Source: Desulfobacteraceae bacterium Eth-SRB1 (GTDB lineage Bacteria; Desulfobacterota; Desulfobacteria; Desulfobacterales; ETH-SRB1). From it: a stretch of 64,000 bases of DNA. Where the stretch lies: positions 192,114 through 256,113 of the forward strand of contig RPGP01000001.1 in assembly GCA_004193555.1 (NCBI GenBank), given 5' to 3'. Numbering within the stretch: position 1 is the first letter of the stretch; each line of letters opens with the position of its first letter. Positions 61,764-64,000 of this stretch are shown here, piece after piece. The translations under genes and the position numbers were made by a program. The notes below the pieces were generated by a model. It had not been told where the DNA came from and made no database searches. It saw only the letters and a program-made list of their open reading frames with translations.

Positions 61764-64000
61764 GTGAGTAACGAAACTGAAAATATGGATACAAAAATAA
61801 CTGATCGCCTATGTGAGCTTCTGGAGTATGTTCATCATGTTGGGAAGCTCAATCAAAAACCTGTTTTTAAAATTGATGACTATAAACAGCTAAATATATG
61901 GGAGCATCAAATTAAAGGGCGAATCGGTATACAGCATAATGTTGCAGATTCAGACGGAATACCTATTTGGTTAAGAATAGAGCGTTTAAAGAGGATATCT
62001 CCACCATCCATACCGGAACAGATACAAGAATGGATTAGCGTTGGCAATGATCCAGAAAGTCATCCACAGATCAAAGATAAATTAATAAAAACATTGCCAG
62101 AAAAAGAAGCTGAAAAACTAATAGAAGAAGGCATTGTTAGTGAGAATGACGTCACTAATCCGCTAAAAGATCAAAATATGGAATTAAAGTTAAAGGATGT
62201 AATCTTTAGATTAAAGAACAATCCAAAAATAAAGAATGAGATTGACAATTACCTCAATGAGCAATGGTTACCTTGGTCTGAAGAAGAAAAGCCACGTAGA
62301 GCAACTATAAAAATATACAATTCTCTGTTTAGCCTTCAGCAAACGATAGAAGCGCAAGGAGATGAACAACCAATAGAGCTTATATGGGGTATAGGAATTG
62401 CGCGCTGGTTGTGTGAGGGACATAAAATCGATCACCCGTTACTTGAAAAACCAATCGAGATTGAGGTCAATCGGAATGATGGCGCTATTCTAATACATCC
62501 AAGGAATACCGAACCAAGCCTTGCTATTGACGCATATTTTGCCTTAGAGAATCCCGGCATTGACGCATTATTGCGTTTTGGGAAGAAACATTTTTCTGAG
62601 TTATCTGAGGATGTGGAATTTTCCCCCTATATTCACGAGAGCTTTGAACCTGTTCTCAGGCAGGCATCAACCCATTTGAGTGAAAAAGGTATATATTGGC
62701 CTGACATCAATCCTGACAAAGAATATCGTGAGCCCAACAATGCAAGTGAAACGCTTGAAATAACCGATAGCTGGGTTATCTATGCAAAACCTAGAAGTGC
62801 AACTGGATTTGTACAGGATATTGAGCGGTTTCAGAAAAAGCTGGAAGAATCAGTAGATAACCTTCCCTATCCCACAAAAAGATTAGTAACAGAGTTGTCG
62901 GACAAAAAACCACTATTTACTGGAAGTGGAATCTTTTCAGGTGGTGAATCTTCGTTGTCACCAATACCCAGGAAAGAAAAATCCGAATTATTTTTTCCAA
63001 AAGCTTTTAATGATGCACAGGTACAAATAATTGATAGGCTTGAAGAGAATGATGGTGTAGTAGTTCAAGGGCCACCTGGCACAGGGAAAACACATACAAT
63101 CGCTAATATCATTTGCCATTACCTTGCAACAGGACGGACTGTTTTAGTTACATCAAAGGGTGAGCCAGCTTTATCTGTCCTTCAAGAACAAATACCCGAA
63201 GAACTGAGAAGCCTAACAATAAGCCTTCTTACAAATGAAAGGCAAGGGATGAAGCAGCTTGAAGCTGCTGTTCAACTGCTGGCGGGCTTGGTGAGTCAAA
63301 CAAGCTTAAGGGCGTTAAATCAAGAAGCGGAATCAAGCGAGTTAAGAGTCAAACAGCTTAAAAAAGAAATTAGAAAAGTTGATAGTGAAGTTAAAGAATG
63401 GGGGTTAAAACAACTGAAACCAGTTGACATGAAACTATCAGGGGCTATCGCTGAAATAACAGCAATGGAATTAGCCCAGCAGGTTATTAATGGTGCTGGA
63501 TGCCATGAATGGCTTCCAGATGAACTGGGATCATCTGAAAGATATAACCCGAAATTTTCTGATTCAGATATTGCCAGGATCAGAGCAGCAAGAAGAAAAT
63601 TAGGTAAAGATATAGCTTATGTTGGTAAGCGCCTGCCCAATCAACAGGATATGTTAGATACTGCAAATATTGTCGCAATCCATGACGATTTAGCAACATC
63701 TGTAAGAATAGCAGAAGATACAAAAAAGAACCATATTCCTCCTTTGGCGGTATCCGTGGAAAAATCGGTTGATCGTGCCAAAAGTTTGATTAAGCCGCTA
63801 AAGGAGCTTTTGGAACTTCTTAGGCAACTTGATGATTCTCAATGGCTTGGGAAAATATTTTATTCACGGATCGATAGCTCATTAGAAAATAGTGAAAACA
63901 TCGATCTCTTTGATGATTTGAAGTGTGACCTTTCCGATCTATCTCAGCAAAGACAAAAATTTGTAAAAATGCTTGTTGAGGTAAACGATCCATCCTCTTG
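61764..64000 (+). CDS. large Upf1/DNA2-like SF1 helicase (AAA_11-type), N-terminal ~745 codons, runs off window end
   Basis: The frame is open from GTG 61764 (or ATG 61785) to base 64000 by manual translation. It is missing from the ORF track because no stop is present. Walker A VVVQGPPGTGKTHTIANII is followed by TVLVTSKGEPAL and a long coiled-coil insert. Confidence 0.75.
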   Translation, partial: MSNETENMDTKITDRLCELLEYVHHVGKLNQKPVFKIDDYKQLNIWEHQIKGRIGIQHNVADSDGIPIWLRIERLKRISPPSIPEQIQEWISVGNDPESHPQIKDKLIKTLPEKEAEKLIEEGIVSENDVTNPLKDQNMELKLKDVIFRLKNNPKIKNEIDNYLNEQWLPWSEEEKPRRATIKIYNSLFSLQQTIEAQGDEQPIELIWGIGIARWLCEGHKIDHPLLEKPIEIEVNRNDGAILIHPRNTEPSLAIDAYFALENPGIDALLRFGKKHFSELSEDVEFSPYIHESFEPVLRQASTHLSEKGIYWPDINPDKEYREPNNASETLEITDSWVIYAKPRSATGFVQDIERFQKKLEESVDNLPYPTKRLVTELSDKKPLFTGSGIFSGGESSLSPIPRKEKSELFFPKAFNDAQVQIIDRLEENDGVVVQGPPGTGKTHTIANIICHYLATGRTVLVTSKGEPALSVLQEQIPEELRSLTISLLTNERQGMKQLEAAVQLLAGLVSQTSLRALNQEAESSELRVKQLKKEIRKVDSEVKEWGLKQLKPVDMKLSGAIAEITAMELAQQVINGAGCHEWLPDELGSSERYNPKFSDSDIARIRAARRKLGKDIAYVGKRLPNQQDMLDTANIVAIHDDLATSVRIAEDTKKNHIPPLAVSVEKSVDRAKSLIKPLKELLELLRQLDDSQWLGKIFYSRIDSSLENSENIDLFDDLKCDLSDLSQQRQKFVKMLVEVNDPSS

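Noticed and set aside
1-64000. I looked for tRNA, rRNA and tmRNA genes.
   Set aside because: No T-arm GGTTCGAATCC-type motif in a cloverleaf context was seen by eye, and no rRNA-like conserved blocks were seen. tRNAscan/Infernal would be needed for certainty.

Overview
The window is a 64-kb chromosomal segment whose gene content suggests a sulfate-reducing deltaproteobacterium (Desulfobacterales-like); this taxonomic call is an inference only. About 58 protein genes are supportable.

Core content:
- 1-6.6 kb: purH 3' end, acetoacetyl-CoA synthetase, a BASS transporter, AmmeMemoRadiSam protein B, and hypAB.
- 6.8-19.2 kb (minus strand): a complete succinate/propionate (methylmalonyl-CoA) pathway block. 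It holds sucCD, transcarboxylase 5S-biotin carrier fusion, 12S, MeaB, fused B12 mutase, epimerase, an aminotransferase and a NifU-like gene.
- 19.3-59.2 kb: tgt, queA, gatB, mutL, feoAB, recN, iorA/iorB, a K+ channel, recD2, alr, truA, mltF and ispG.
- 49.6-53.8 kb: an archaeal-style thiamine operon (ThiDN, Thi4, ThiC) behind a clear TPP riboswitch.

Accessory content:
- A DUF433/DUF5615 toxin-antitoxin (TA) pair.
- An orphan antitoxin next to a PIN remnant.
- From 59.1 kb to the window end, an island-like segment at the ispG 3' end. It has two ~0.7-kb direct repeats (ispG tail plus an ORF6N gene with a shared in-frame TAA) bracketing an Xre/RES TA pair, followed by a large Upf1-like SF1 helicase that runs off the window.

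The most unusual signal is non-coding. Nearly every intergenic gap is filled by modular hairpin elements whose arms are tandem 7-10-nt units (GAACATC, CTAAAGT, TAACACY, CACAGAG and other types). These arms surround a shared GTCGCTYCGCTCC core.
- Two elements carry a four-helix-bundle (23S rRNA IVS-protein family) gene in the loop.
- One gene-less element retains the 3' stub of such a gene.
- Chimeric arm combinations occur.
- The same kind of heptamer array sits in frame inside mutL.

No rRNA, tRNA or CRISPR array was recognised by eye.
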